In this document: positions 1 through 14,200 of the stretch, in pieces
How positions within the stretch are numbered: the first letter of the stretch is position 1
Layout: each line of letters opens with the position of its first letter
Origin: Basidiobolus ranarum
Taxonomy: Eukaryota
DNA length: 41,762 nucleotides
Assembly: GCA_040143965.1 (NCBI GenBank)
Contig: JASJQH010000036.1
Location: forward strand, 1-41,762
Direction of reading: 5' to 3'
Position numbers and translations under genes: made by a program
The notes under the pieces: generated by a model
What the model was told of the DNA's origin: nothing
Database searches by the model: none
Seen by the model: only the letters and a program-made list of their open reading frames with translations

Positions 1-172
1 GCATGCCAAATTTGAGGATCAATATTTTAACATGTATGAATACCACCAAGATACCGTCAAGAAACCGCCGTCACACCATCAAAATCCCTGGCAGAATGCA
101 AGCCAACAATATTGTGATGGTTCTCTGATGGTTTTGCTATTTCAGAGGGTGGATCCGATCCAGATCAAATCG

Positions 173-1468
173 ATTTTATTTTTGTTAGGGACATGTGTAC
201 AAAGTTTGGGGCTTTGAGCACAAGTTTGAAAAAATCTATATATCTGAGAACTTCTAAGTTGGTAAAATAATCTAAGTAAATTCTGATTGAGAATAATAGA
301 TAATATCTTAGTGAATTATAAGATAACCAAGTACTAAGCTATATATGACTATATAGGTGTCTAGGCAAAGCTAATTTCAACAGATTCAGCAACATTAATA
401 CAATGGTAGGATTTGATGGAGATATTGATACAGAGTTGTGTTGGATATGAGCTAAACCTTGGGTATAAAGAACTCTATAAAAATATTCAGGAGAATGTAC
501 CAAAGAAACTAGGGATTTTCAAGGTGACAAATTAGGGTTCAAGTGGTAATTGAGTAAAATTTGAGTTATGTTTTTTACACATGTGTTGATGCATAGTTCT
601 CTGCAATTGTAGCCCATCATATGCAACTATTTTGCAAGATCTTGAAATTTCACTCCTGAAACTGAAAAAATTGATTAAAATCAAATCTAACTTAACAATT
701 TTTTGATGGTAAGTAAATGGTCAATCCAAAATGGATTAAAATTGTGATGGTTTTCCTATGATAGCAATCCTCAAATTTCTGTTAGGGTATCATCAGTTAG
801 TCTAATTATTCCCACTTATTTAATATATCTCAATACATAAACTCCTGAATATCTCAAACAATTGCTTTACTTCTCTAACATAGAGGTTACCATATTCTCT
901 TACAAATAAAGTTACTAAAACACTGTCATAAGTTGCCTCTAATATACAAAGTCTATCCCCATTAATATCAAGATCCTCCAAGAATGTCATTATTCAATAC
1001 TCTGTGCAAAATATCCAAATTCTCTCAACATAGCTGAGCTGCTATGGCCAAGAATGGATGTTGAAGGATTTTAGCATTCTGTACTATCCTTTATTCATTA
1101 TTAATTCTTCAGGTTATCCCACTTTTTTTGTTCTTATTAGAATCATTGAATTTCACACTGAAAGTATTTTGATACCAACAGTCATATTTCCAGGCTGGCC
1201 ATTGTGAACAAGTACCTCCAGTCCAAATATTGTCAAACTGGTTATATCACTGTTGATGTTATAACTGAATCTGTACCAATGTTCATATATGGAGAATAAG
1301 TAATTCTCACTACTCTCAAAATTACTCCCACAGACACTTTGAGAAATACTTGGTCATAGTTTTCAATCTCATGGGTGAATATAGATATATATATTGCCTC
1401 AAGTCAGACATATTTCCAATAATCTCATATCTTCAAGGTTTATTCCACATGTTCCAAATTCACTCAAT
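173..1468. mobile_element. CpG-free AT-rich tract, probable decayed (methylation-eroded) repeat or transposon relic
   Basis: No CG dinucleotide between the CG at 171-172 and the CG at 1469-1470, while flanking genes contain CG freely. No ORF >=60 aa starts within the tract and no recognisable TE protein motif was found, so the element identity is inference. Confidence 0.4.
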
Positions 1469-1580
1469 CGCAGTAAGACTCAGATAAGTCCAATTTGCTT
1501 ATAGCTGCTGGTAACAATAGTTTGTATCATATACTATAGCGGCTTATTTGAGTGATAGCAACAAATGTAAATCCCTATTC

Positions 1581-1596
1581 TATATATATATATATA
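1581..1596. repeat. (TA)8 microsatellite
   Basis: tatatatatatatata read directly, upstream of RAD1. Confidence 0.85.
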
Positions 1597-1865
1597 CATG
1601 TTCAAAGCAACAATAGGTAAAGTAGAGATAAGTAGCAAGCAATACAAAGAATTCCAGTAATATTAGCCTTTAATTTGGTAAATTTAAATTATTAAGGAGA
1701 TTTAAGCAGTACACTATGATCAAATATTGCTAAGATAATAGTACCAAATTAAAACCCAAAATAAATAGAAAAACTGTCACGTTTTTGCGTATGTCCCGAG
1801 TGTATCTGGTCAGAGTCATCAAGTCAATTTAATGGCAAACCTATCTTTCTTATTTAGTTTTGATA

Positions 1866-4800
1866 ATGTCTTTAGGACTTGAGTATCATCGTCAAATATT
1901 TGCGGAATTGCTTTCGGACGATGGCCTTCTTATTTTAGCCAGAGGTTTAGGGCTCCGACGAATAATGTGTAACTTTTTGAAACTTCATGCAGATCCAAAG
2001 AATCTTGTTTTATTGCTAAATACTGATTCGGATGAGGAGCAGCAGATAAGAGAGGAATTGAATTGTCTAGGTTGTAACAAACCAGGCCTTAAAGTGGTCA
2101 ATAATGAAACTAGTGTAAGCGAAAGGTTAGTTGAATAGAAGGTGGAATTAGATTCGCAGCTGATCACTCTGATCCCTTGAAACTAAAAACTCTATAAAAG
2201 AACCGAAGTTTACCTATCCGGAGGGATTTTGTCAGTAACCTCAAGGATCTTAGTGGTAGATCTGCTTACAAAACGTATACCAATCCATTTAATCACCGGT
2301 ATCTTGGTGAATCATGCTCACAGGTATATATTCCCTTTACATGGCAGTTCATAGCACTTTGTTGACGTAGACGATCTATAGAATTACTGAATTATCCTTG
2401 GAAGCCTTCATCCTCCGGCTTTTTCGAGAAGATAATAAGGTCTAATATTTAAGTGTACCTCACCTGAGTATTTGATCATTAATTCTTAATCTTCTGGTGC
2501 ACACAGGAAGGCTTTATTAAAGCGTTCTCCGATTCCCCAGAGTCTTTCACAGTTGGCTTCGCACCACTTGAGAAAATGTTAAAGTTACTTTTTTTACGTA
2601 GAGTGTATTTATGGCCAAGGTAGCTTATGCGATACATATTCACTATCGAAAGCACATAACGATTCATCTAAACATCTAATAGGTTTCACGTAGCTATTAA
2701 GGAAAGCTTGGAAGCTTCAAAAGCTGAAGTAATAGAACTTCAACAGACTCTAACGAAAAGTATGGATGACATACAAAACGCGATCATTGATTGCATTCAA
2801 GCTTGTTTATCGGAGCTTAAACGCTCTAACCCCTCAGTATGATCACTGGTAGACACCTAAATGCCTGTTTTTCGAAACTAACCTATTGGATTTAGATTGA
2901 TGTCGAGAACTTTACAGTTGAGAATGCACTCTTTAAATCATTTGATATTATAGTTAGAAAGCAATTAGATCCTATTTGGCATCGCGTTAGTTACAAAACA
3001 AAGCAGTTAGTGGGGGACTTGAAGACACTACGACGACTCATATCGTAAATGATCTCCATAAAACTACAAATCGTAATTCTATCGCCTAAACCTTCATTCC
3101 ACCAGATACCTTGCCAATTATGATTGTGTCACCTTTAATAGCTTTCTGGAAACCTTCTTAGCAAGTAACTCCCCTCCCTCTGGGGAAGGGAGAGGCGCAA
3201 CACAATCACCGTGGCTATTCACGGATGCTGCTGATACTCGTTTTACTGTAAGACCTCTTTCCCTATGAATCTGCAATCGCCACCGTATGTACTGACTGAA
3301 ATTATCTAGACAGCAAAAAGCAGAGTTTACAAAATACAAGACCAAGGAAGTAACCGAGCCAATGACTATTTGCCTCGAAATATAACTCCAGTTTTGGAAG
3401 AACTACCAAAATGGCGGCTACTTAAAAACATATTGTCAGAAATCGGAACCGAAACTATAAAGGCAGATCTCAAATGTAAGCAAACTTAAGATGAGAGATG
3501 GGAAGTTAACTTACGCCTCCGTCATGTATATTTAACTAGGTACCATCTTGATCTTGGTTGAGAATGAGCGAACATGCGCCCAGCTTAAAACCTACCTGGA
3601 CTCTCTAGCTGATGAAGATACCGATGCGCCCTCTCCCATGCTAGTAAAACTCTTGAAAAACTACCTCCGTTGGAAAAAAGGAATTGTCAAAGTAAGCGGA
3701 GGTTCATTTGAGGGCCAGTATCCAAGCAAAGGTAATTGTTGCTAGTTATATCTTGAATGATGACACTGACGCTAATTTTTTCAAAGCTCCAAAAGCATTT
3801 ACAGCTTCGCAAAATGACTCTTCACAACGAAGTGCTCCTTCCAATAAAAGAAGGAGAGTCCGTGGGGGAGCGAAGTCCAATCCAGTTTCTCGTAATATCG
3901 TCAATAATATTGAACAAGAATTATCCGAGTTTTCTGCAAGGTATATAAAGCAAATCTAGTAGATTTCTACGCTTCATATCTGACTTTCTATCTTTTGACG
4001 CTAGCTATGACCATATCGATAGCATCAATAGCGCCTTGACATTGGGTGAGGAGGATGAAGAATTTGACATCGAATCTTTCTCTACGTACTTTGGTCTGGT
4101 TTCTAAGCCTCATATCATGGTTAGACCTTACAAAGGAGAGGCAGACTCCAGGATGTTAGATGATCTTCAGCCGGAGTACATCATTATGTACGATCCCAAC
4201 CCTACCTTTATACGCCAAGCCGAAGTAAATGCTAGTACTACTCATATCATTGGCAGTATTATTGACCTTTTTCAATAGGTTTTCAAGGCGTTACATCCAG
4301 ATTCAGCGCTCCGGGTATATTTTTTTATCTACGATAACTCGGTTGAAGAGCAAAGATATCTTAGTCTCATAAGGAAAGAGAAAGATGCTTTTGAAAAATT
4401 GATTCATGAAAAATCGGTATGTACTCATCGACTAAAAACACACTGCCACATTACTGATCATTTTTAGATTATGGCATTACCTTCCGAGAGAACCATGAAA
4501 CAACCTCAAGAGGAAGTACTACTTGAAACGTTCAATAGCAGAATTGCTGGAGGCGGATTGACTTCACAAAGCATATCGTCGCAGGTTGTCCTATGTACTA
4601 CAAATAGCACTTACAACTCCGGGACTAACCTTTCTAGTAAGCAGGTGATTGTTGATCTTCGAGAATTCCGTAGCTCTCTACCTTCAATCCTTCATGCCCA
4701 TAAACTGAAGATTATACCGTGCACGATTGAAGTAGGTGATTATATCCTCAGTCCCACAATGTGTGTAGAACGCAAAAGCATAGCTGATCTGATAGGATCG

Positions 4801-5537
4801 TTGAATTCCGGAAGATTGTAAGTCATTTATTAATTAACAAAAGATGTCGGGTTCGAGCACTCACTCATACCTCTCCAGGTACACTCAAGCAGAAGCGATG
4901 TCAGTTCACTACAAGGTTCCAATATTGTTGATTGAATTCGATGAAAGCAAATCTTTTTCACTCCAGGTAAATTATTTTGGTTCGCCACATGAGAATGTCT
5001 GTACTGACTTGTTTCCAGGCCTTGGGTGATATGAAATCCGATATTGGTCTCAACGATTTGTCCTCAAAATTAGTTTTATTGACCATACACTTCCCGAAAC
5101 TCCGTATCATTTGGTCGTCTAGTCCCCACGCCACTGCCAAAATCTTTGAAGATCTGAAGGTAACTTTACTGTAATGCCTATTGTGAAAGGAACATGTTCA
5201 TAACAATGAGTCTAGAAAAATCATGAGGAGCCAGATATGCACAAAGCAATGACAGTTGGCGTTGAAAGCGCTGCGGAACTCAACAGCTCCTATAGTATCA
5301 CACCTCAGGTATTCAGTTTTGTCAAAGCGTGTTTTCAGTCAGCTCCAAGTGATATTTACATATTCTTAGGATATACTGCGCAGTCTACCCGGAATAACCT
5401 CCAAGAATTATCGCTTTGTCATGAGTCAAGTTGAAAATGTTCAAGAGCTCAGCGACATGTCTCTCGGTAGTTTGCAAAAGTTAATTGGAGACGGGCCAGG
5501 AAAAGACCTCTATAACTTTTTTAGAAAGACGTTGTAG
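1866..5537 (+). CDS. RAD1: DNA repair endonuclease XPF/Rad1/Rad16 (ERCC4 family), ~17 introns
   Basis: ATG at 1866 gives [24 protein letters not shown]. Further exons give [50 protein letters not shown] and [12 protein letters not shown]. The ERCC4 nuclease motifs are [20 protein letters not shown] and LNSGRL. The C-terminal HhH region is LRSLPGIT. Stop TAG at 5535-5537. GT-AG introns join the exons in frame. Confidence 0.95.
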
Positions 5538-5782
5538 ATTGGAATGTAAAAATAGGTTGATTCGATTATTTTACGTAGCTACGTTTCAAAGCTCAATATC
5601 ACTTTGTTTATTGAAATTATTATAGATATATAAAATACAAGTTTCCACTTGAATGATGCTGTTCAACAAAGATGAGGCACTAAAATATTGTATCCCGACA
5701 AAGCTGTGTTAAGGAACAGAGAATTTACATTTCGTAACCCTTATGTTATCGGTCGACTTGTATTCATGGTTTTAGGGAATAG

Positions 5783-8700
5783 CTAAAGTACCATCAATCT
5801 GGGTGCAATATTCATGGCCATCAACTCTTGGAACAGTAACTTACAAGCATAAGGAATATGAAGCTGTGAGATTTGAGTCTTGTTTTTGCAAGAACGGCAT
5901 TCGAAACTATTCTTCTTCAGATTGGCAATTGCCATCAATCCGCAGAGGTCACAAACATGAACTCTGTATGCGTCCGATGCATCAAATAGACGCTCCTAAA
6001 ACATATCTAAGTAAAAAGGAATAGAGTATACACATCAGAAGAGAAATTACCTTTAAAAAGTGTGCTACACCATGAGAAATCATACAATCACGTTCCATCT
6101 CACCGAAACGTAGACCACCATCTCTACTTCTACCTTCTACTGGTTGACGTGTTAGAATCTGGACTGGACCGCGAGCACGGGAATGAATCTTATCATCAAC
6201 CATATGCTTCAAACGTTGATAATAGGTAGGGCCAAAGTATATTTGAGCAGTAAGTTTGCGACCAGTATGACCGTTAAATAAGACCTCAAAACCACGCTTT
6301 TGATAACCATGTTCTTGGAGAGCGTGAGAAATCGCCTCAACTGTTACTTCAGTAAAAGGTGTAGCATCACCTTCGTTACCACTAAGCGTAGAAACCTAAA
6401 AGTATAGTGACGGCTTAGTTAAATTATACACCATCAAATGACTAACAGATACTCTTACCTTGCTTAGTAAACACTCCACCATATGTCCGATAGTCATTCG
6501 AGATGGAATAGCGTGTGGATTAATAATTAGATCCGGCACAATACCTTCCCTGTTGAAAGGCATGTCCTCTTGTCGGTATGTAACACCGATAGTACCTTTT
6601 TGACCGTGACGACTGGCAAATTTGTCTACCATTAAGTAAAATGTCAGCAATGAATATTTTTCTTGGATGGGAATGAATTTTCGACTACCAACCTCCCATC
6701 TGAGGAACTCGAGTACTTCTAACTCGCACTTTGACGAATTTCAAACCTTCCTGGTTTGTTGTCAACATAACTTGATCAACAATTCCGTTCTCAGTGCTTC
6801 TTAACGGAGTACTGGCATCGCGCTTGTTGTGAGTTTTTGTACGCTGTCCTAATTCCTCCGAGTCGGGGGGAATTGGCGCTGTTTTACCGATAATTATGTC
6901 ATCTCCGGAGACACGTGTACCAGGAGCAATCAGACCGTCACCTTCAAGCTTCTCATAAGTTCCATGCTTCAAGCGAAGGGTAGACTCACGAGTAGGCTTT
7001 TCGAATTCTTCCATCACCATCATTCCCACTTTCTTCTCTTGATCCATATAACTACGATAAAAAATACTTCTGAAAAGGCCACGATCAATACTAGTTTGAT
7101 TCATAATGAGGGAATCTTCTTGGTTGTATCCACTGTAGCAAAGAATAGCAACAATTGCGTTCTGACCAGCTGGAAGCTCGCGGAATCGTAAATACTCCAT
7201 AGCACGTGTGGTACAAAGTGGTTTTTGAGGATAATACAATATATTGGCCATTGTGTCCATTCTGAGTTGGTAATTAGTAACATAAATACCCATAGCCTGC
7301 TTACCCATAGCGGATTGATACGTATTACGTGGAGACTGGTTATGATCAGGGAAAGGAATGATACTAGCACAAATACCTAGAATCATACTAGGGTGGATTT
7401 CACAATGAGTCCAAGTATGCGTGATCAAAGCCGCTGAACTTTTAACTCGTGAGGCAATATCTGCTTCACGCTCGGGTATGTAGCCAAGTTTACTATACAT
7501 TCGAGATTCAGCAAGATCTTCTGGAGTCATGCAGATCATGGAAACTTCCTCTTCCTCTGCATCAAGGTACTCGACAATACCATTCACAACTAGATCTTGC
7601 CATCCAAAGGGCTCCCCGTCATATTCTCTCATTTGAAGTGCTACAACATGTTCCTTACGGAGTGTAATTCGTTGATTTTCAACCACATACAACGGTCTAC
7701 ATACTCGACCAGCATCCGTATAGAAACGTATTTCTTTGTCACGGATATCACGTACAATACTGACTTCTGGACTAATGTCTACTCTTCTTCTGAATCTTCT
7801 CATCGTCTCAATCAGATTGCCTGGATCACGATGAATTCCAACCCAAACACCATTTACAAAGATTTTAGTTGCATCGGCAATATTGTTGGCAGAAAATTGC
7901 TCTAAACTTTCCATAGCCCAATCGGCTAAGACTTCAACTACAGGAGCAGAAGGATTACCCACTGAGATGTAGGACATCAGTGCAAGATTTTTTACAAGAC
8001 CGCAAGCCTGCCCTTCAGGTGTTTCTGCTGGACACACCATACCCCAATGCGTGTTATGTAATTGACGGGGCTTGGCGATTTTACCATCACGACCGATGGG
8101 GGTGTTACATCTTCTCAAATGAGAAAGAGTCGATGCAAAAGTATATCTGTTTAATACTTGAGAAACACCCGCTCTGGCTTGCATTGCCTTCTTTTGATCG
8201 CCCCAGTTTCCAGTAGCAAGGGAATACTTTAACCCATTAGTAATGGTATTTGATTTGACAGCAAGAGTGAGATTGAATTCACGATTCGAGTCAATACATT
8301 TTTGTAGGTATCTTCCAACATCTTTGGTGAGTTTTCTGAAAAGCATTCGGAACAACATTGCAAGAAGAGGCCCAGCCAGGTCCATTCTCTTTTTTCCGTA
8401 ATGATCACGATCATCTAAATCACGTCTCTCAAGAGCAGCAAGAAGAAGTCTATGCACCATGTAACCAAAAAAGTATGCCTTTTTGGTTTCAGTATGTGCC
8501 TCTGTGGCAACGTGAGGAAGGAACTCTTTCTGAAGAATTTCGGTAGCGTATCTACCAGTAATATAGTGTAAGATAATCGAGAAAAAATAAATCGTCAACA
8601 AGAGAGACATACTTAATTCGCTTTTCCTTATTAATTCCAACAGTCGTACCGCGCTTACCAACATAGTCCAACGCGACCTAAAGATCGAATGGCTATTAGA

Positions 8701-10110
8701 TGTATGTATGGTAAATCAACCTCCTTAAGACAAGCTTACATGTTGCTCTTGAATAACAAATGCTTCTTCGATGCAAGGCTTTAAAAGTTCTAACATGGCA
8801 AAATCATCTCGATCGTAGCAGATATGCTCCAATATATCACGATCAGCTACGAGGCCAAGAGCACGAAAGACAACCACTATAGGAACATCTTGTCGAATGT
8901 ATGGTAGAGTTGCTCTGATGTATTGACCAGAATTCTACGGAAGAAGAGTTATGAGCTGACCATTCGAACAAGGATGGAGACGATATGATCCTTACCCCTT
9001 TATCACCACCTCTGGCAAGCATTTTTAAAAACAAAGGACTGGCATTTTTGGATCCCTTTTCAGCAACGCTTCTGATTTCTGCAGTAAAAGAGTATGGAGA
9101 TGGAGGTGTCTTTGAGAAAACGTATACAGTGTTGGAGGCCATTCTCTCTTGAGCGATGAGTACTTTTTCAGAACCGTTGATGACAAAATAACCACCCTTG
9201 AGTAAAAGGTTACAGTCATTATCAAGGTAGCAAATTACATGTCAATAACCAACCTGGTCATATGGGCACTCATTGAGCTCATGCAAATCCTTATCCTCAA
9301 GGCCGGATAAGATGCAGAAAGTAGACCTCAACATAATAGGTACCTAGTAGTGACATTAGTATGCACGATCTCAGCTTGAAAGATTATATATGCATTGACT
9401 TTACTTTTCCAATAAAAACTTTGGTAAAATTTCCACTATCGCGATCCGCACGATCTTCCACCATATGCCAATCATTGAAATTTGTATTATCACGGTTTCT
9501 GGGATCATTTGGATCACCGATGAGTACTTGCTTACGCATATCGACATATAACGGAGCAGCATATCTAGGTGATATATAGAGTGAAGGTAAGAGATTGTAA
9601 TCATATTCAGGTCGTCTTCAATGAAACATACGTCAAATTACGTAGTCGAGCTTCTTGTGGGTACATTGATTGCGTACTACCATCGGATTCTGTCATTGTT
9701 GGCTTCGACAGATAGATTTGGCCAAAATGAATATGAAAGCGTTTCTATCAAATACAAGGGTTTAGTGAAAAAACCAAAAGAGAGGTACATTTCACTAGAA
9801 CATGCTCACCGCAACCTCACCCCCGTGAGAGTTATGTTGGGTAGTGGTTTGCAAAACCATGTTGGAACTCTCATCCACTATCTCTTGGATAGTGTTTTGA
9901 ATAAACTCATCGAAAGAATCCAACTGCTGACGAACTAAACCTTTATCTTCGAAAAAAGAAGTAATAACCGCCCAGCAGTCTTCCTGGGTGATTTCTTCGA
10001 TTTCTTCTTCTTCTCCATTCTCACCATATTCTGGGTAGAAAGCATTTAACAAAGCTTTATGTGTAGTAATGAAAACACTACTAACTACCTGTAAAAAACT
10101 CTTCGTCCAT
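5783..10110 (-). CDS. RPB2: DNA-directed RNA polymerase II second-largest subunit, ~11 introns
   Basis: Micro first exon MDEEFFT (ATG at 10110) spliced to [23 protein letters not shown]. Motifs: [122 protein letters not shown]. Stop TAG at 5785-5783. A further terminal intron (GTACTT..ACAG, ending ~5704) adding LCRDTIF is possible. Confidence 0.97.
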
Positions 10111-11229
10111 TGTTGTGACTGTAGGAAAATATATACGGTGGCTTGTGCTTTAAAAAGAGAATCCTCAATTGAATAGATTGAAGACAAATAGCACGTATTA
10201 TAGAAATCGTGAGGCAAGAAGCAAAGCTACCTTAAGACCCTCAAGAATTAAAATACCATTCGGATAGGGAACAATCCGATAGCTTGATATACCCCTTGCT
10301 ATGTTTCTTGCTGTCAACTATAGACCCAGGTCTGGTGTTTAATTTAGATATGAAAATACAGGATCGAGAAAATTACTACATCGGATCATATAGCATCCCA
10401 ACGACTAAAATTACATTGGAAGAAAACTAAGGAAATAATGCAAAGCACCTATGTATACAATAACAACACCTGAACTCAACAGTAGGCTCTAGAATCGCTT
10501 GAAACTGCATTGGAAACAGTGACGAATTGATCAGCTTATAGACATCAGGATGATCGAGCTTGAAGCGTAGAAGAAGGGGATCATTTCTACTCCTTGAAAG
10601 GACATGTCCACTATTGAGATGATTTCATGACTTACCATATTGGAGTCTAAGCAAGCTGTGTAAATTCTTGATTTCACCATCGAAAATAAGCGTTTATGTA
10701 CAAGAAGATAAATAGGGGCTAGCATTTCCATATATATATCTTTGTACTGCATTGACAGGATCAAATTAGCACATTGATTCAGAGATGTCGCTGCAAACGC
10801 TCTAATGATGGTCAGTATAATAATAATTAATCTCTCCAGTCTAGCTAAGTGAGAGCTCATGATATCAAAATCCCTCTCGCTTGAAAATTCCCACCATTTA
10901 ACAAATTCAGTTGAACAATAATCTGTATTTGAAGCTCACTATTTACCAGCATATGGGAATCCACTATCTTACACAATCCCCATTTCCTAGAGGCTTTGTG
11001 AAAATCCTTGTTCAATCATTATCTTCACTCAAGTAATATCTTGTATTATAGCAAATTCTATCAAATTGTGGGTATGGCCATTCTCGGAGATAAGTCCACT
11101 TACTTGATTTGTCAAATACGGACCTACCATTGGTCGTTGTACCTGCAACCTCCCACCTACCGAAATATTTAACATGAGGGCTTTAAATACAAGGCTTCTT
11201 TACTTTGGAGCTCCAAAAAGCCTGTAGAT

Positions 11230-14200
11230 ATGTCAGATCCCGTATCTCCACACAAGGGATCCCATATTTCCATTCCAATAAGTTCCCCCAAGGATCTAAA
11301 CACCCCAACTTCTTCTTATACTTCCGCTGTTTCCTATGGTGCTAGTTTTAAAAGAGGAGGGCTTCCACGTCCTTGTTTCTCTTCTCCAGGTGAATCAACT
11401 GCAGGTAGAATACTGATTCTTTCCTGAATCTAATTTTTAAATTAGATATCTAATAAGCTCTTTGTCGTTGATCAAGTAGCTAGTCCTTCTAGGTCTTTTC
11501 CCGCATCTGTCATCCGCTCTCAATCATTGGCACTAGGCAACATTGCTTTACAGGAGGAAGAAGAGGAATCTTCCGAAGGTCAGATACAGAGTAATCTCTC
11601 CTTACTTTTGAACTCTACAAGTGAAGAGAACGCGGATGTATCCAATAAAAGTGATATCGAAGAACATAGACGTAGTGAAAGCTCTTCCATGGCACCCTCA
11701 CGAAAAAGTTCTTTTGATTCGTTACGAAAACGCTTGAGCTTCTCTTCGGCCCATGCTTCTGAAAGCACCGGCTTGTTAAACAATTCTACTGCACAAGGCT
11801 ATACCGGGAGAAATGAGCGTTCCAAGAGCCGTCTATATAAGGTCGGTTTCTCAGTCTATATTTTATTCGTCGTAATAATTATAGTAAGCGACTAGTTTTA
11901 TTAATCGTTTTTTACAACTCAATAGCCAAATGAGAGTCTGAAAGATTTATTACTACGACCAGTCTATTGTATTCCAGCTGTAGTGTTGGGGCTTATTCTC
12001 AATTTGTTGGATGGAATGTCATATGGTATGTTGTAGGTGATTCCAGATTATAGCAATATCGGGGCTAAGAATATTTCTTAGGTCTTATTAGTCTTCCGCT
12101 ATCTTCTCCAAATTTTGAGAAGTTTGGGCCCGATGGCTTGTCCATGTTTCTTATCAGGTTTTTATAAAGATCACTTTGTTTATTCTAATCCAAGCGGATG
12201 CCTAACATTTGACTTTCAGTACCGCGATTTGTCAAGTAGTTATGTCCACCGGTAGTGGATTTCGAGGAGGAAACGGTAGTATGATGATTGAAGGTACCTG
12301 CGATAAACATACGAATTATATATACAGTGAGCGATATTAATTTATTTACTATTGCTAGTTATCCCATTTCTTTATTTGATGTACGATATGAGTATTCTGA
12401 TTTGCGTCCGACACAACGAAGAGTAAGCTAATATATTGCATTAGGTGTGACATAATCATCAAGGACTTGGGCGAAGACAACCCTCCTGCAGTCATTGCGA
12501 CCGTTATGGTAGCCTATGCTCTTAGCTCAATGGTGACTGGACTAGCATTCCTATTGTTAGGTATTTTCAAGGTAACTCATTAGTACACCACTATCTATCC
12601 TTTATTATTGTTACTTAATCACAAGTATAAACATATAGCTCGGATCACTAGTTGAATTCTTTCCAAGACACATTCTCGTTGGATGTATTGGTAGGAAATG
12701 GCTCAGTTGACATTGGTTCCTATGCGATTATGTTGTGTTGATCAAGATCTTTCCAATTCATATAGGTGGTGTAGGTTACTTTTTGATCCAAACTGCTGTC
12801 GAAGTTTGTGGACAAGTAAAATTGCACGCAAGCTGGGAGACTATTGTGTCATTATTTGAATGGCACACTTTCCTACTCTGGTTTTCTAGTTTGTCCTTGG
12901 CGTTACTCTTGAGAGGAATGGAAAAGAAGATTGAACATCCTATGTTTGTGCCATGCTTTTTTATGGTCGTTCCGATTGTATTCTATAGTGTAGTCTTTAT
13001 CGGTGGATTTGATCTGGAGAGTTTAAGAAAAGCTGGATGGCTTTTCCCGCTCCCTGATTCTAGCGTCCCATTCTATGACTTTTATACTCGCTTTGGTAGC
13101 TTTCTGCTTCACAAAATTCGACGACACAATCACAAAACTAATGCAAGCCTTGAATATTCCTAGATTTCTCACAAACTAGCTGGTATTCCATCGTGAAAAC
13201 TATTCCCGCTATGCTATCTCTTACCTTCTTCGGTAATTCTATATTTTAAGAAGCACATCATAAGCAATGTTACTTATGACTTGACTTTAGGTATACTTCA
13301 TGTGCCCATCAATGTTCCTGCTTTGGCCGTCTCCACCAATGAGGACAGTATTGATACCAACCGTGAGTTGATATGCCATGGTGTTGCTAACTTCCTATCT
13401 GGAGCAGCTGGATCCTTCCAAAGTTAGTATTTATATATTGATTCTGCCCAATTTCTCAAATTAATGACTGATTTCTCTGGTTATTTCAATAGATTACTTG
13501 GTATACTCTAACAGTATCCTTTTCATTCGCTCTGGTGGAGATAGTCGCTTGGCCGGCTACATGCTTGCCGGTGCTACTATGATCGTATTCTTTATGGGAC
13601 CCCAGATTGTCGGATATATTCCTGTCATGGTTGTCGGAAGTTTGATTTATCATCTTGGATTTGAATTGATGAAAGAAGCTGTTGTTGATACTTTGGGAAT
13701 TGTGCATCCGTTGGAGTACTTTACCATATGGGCAATCGTCATTGGCATGGCAGCATTCGGATTTGTCGAGGGTATATTCCTTGGTATCTTGTTGGGATGT
13801 ATCTTTTTTGTTGTTACATACAGCACGAGAAATCCTATTAGGCACACATATACTGGTGTCACTGCCAAAAGTACCATTCGTAGATTGTATCGTCAAAGAA
13901 AATTCCTCGACCAAGTTGGTGCTCAAATTCAAGTGTTGAAGTTGCAAGGATTCATGTTCTTTGGTACCATTAACTCCGTCGAAGCGAGCATTAGAGATTT
14001 ACTTTCGAAGCATCAATGGCAGATCAACCCCATTAGATTCTTGATTCTAGATTTCCATCTAGTCAACGGAATTGATTTCAGTGCAGCGGAGGCCTTTGTG
14101 CGTGTAAAGAGACTATTGAGAGCAAAAGATATCTATATGGTGATTAGCGGAGTGAACTATCATTCAGATTTAGGCAAAGCCCTACGTGCCGTAAGAATTT

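Noticed and set aside
185..787. Three TTAGGG hexamers
   Set aside because: Isolated rather than tandem, so not a telomeric array.
6964..8546. Multiple antisense or alternative-frame ORFs within RPB2 (similarly in the SulP and Avt3 genes)
   Set aside because: Shadow ORFs of real coding sequence with no independent features.
10420..11100. 109-aa minus-strand ORF (10531..10860) and stop-interrupted neighbouring frames between RPB2 and the SulP gene
   Set aside because: No recognisable motif. It could be a decayed gene, but nothing supports a call without a homology search.
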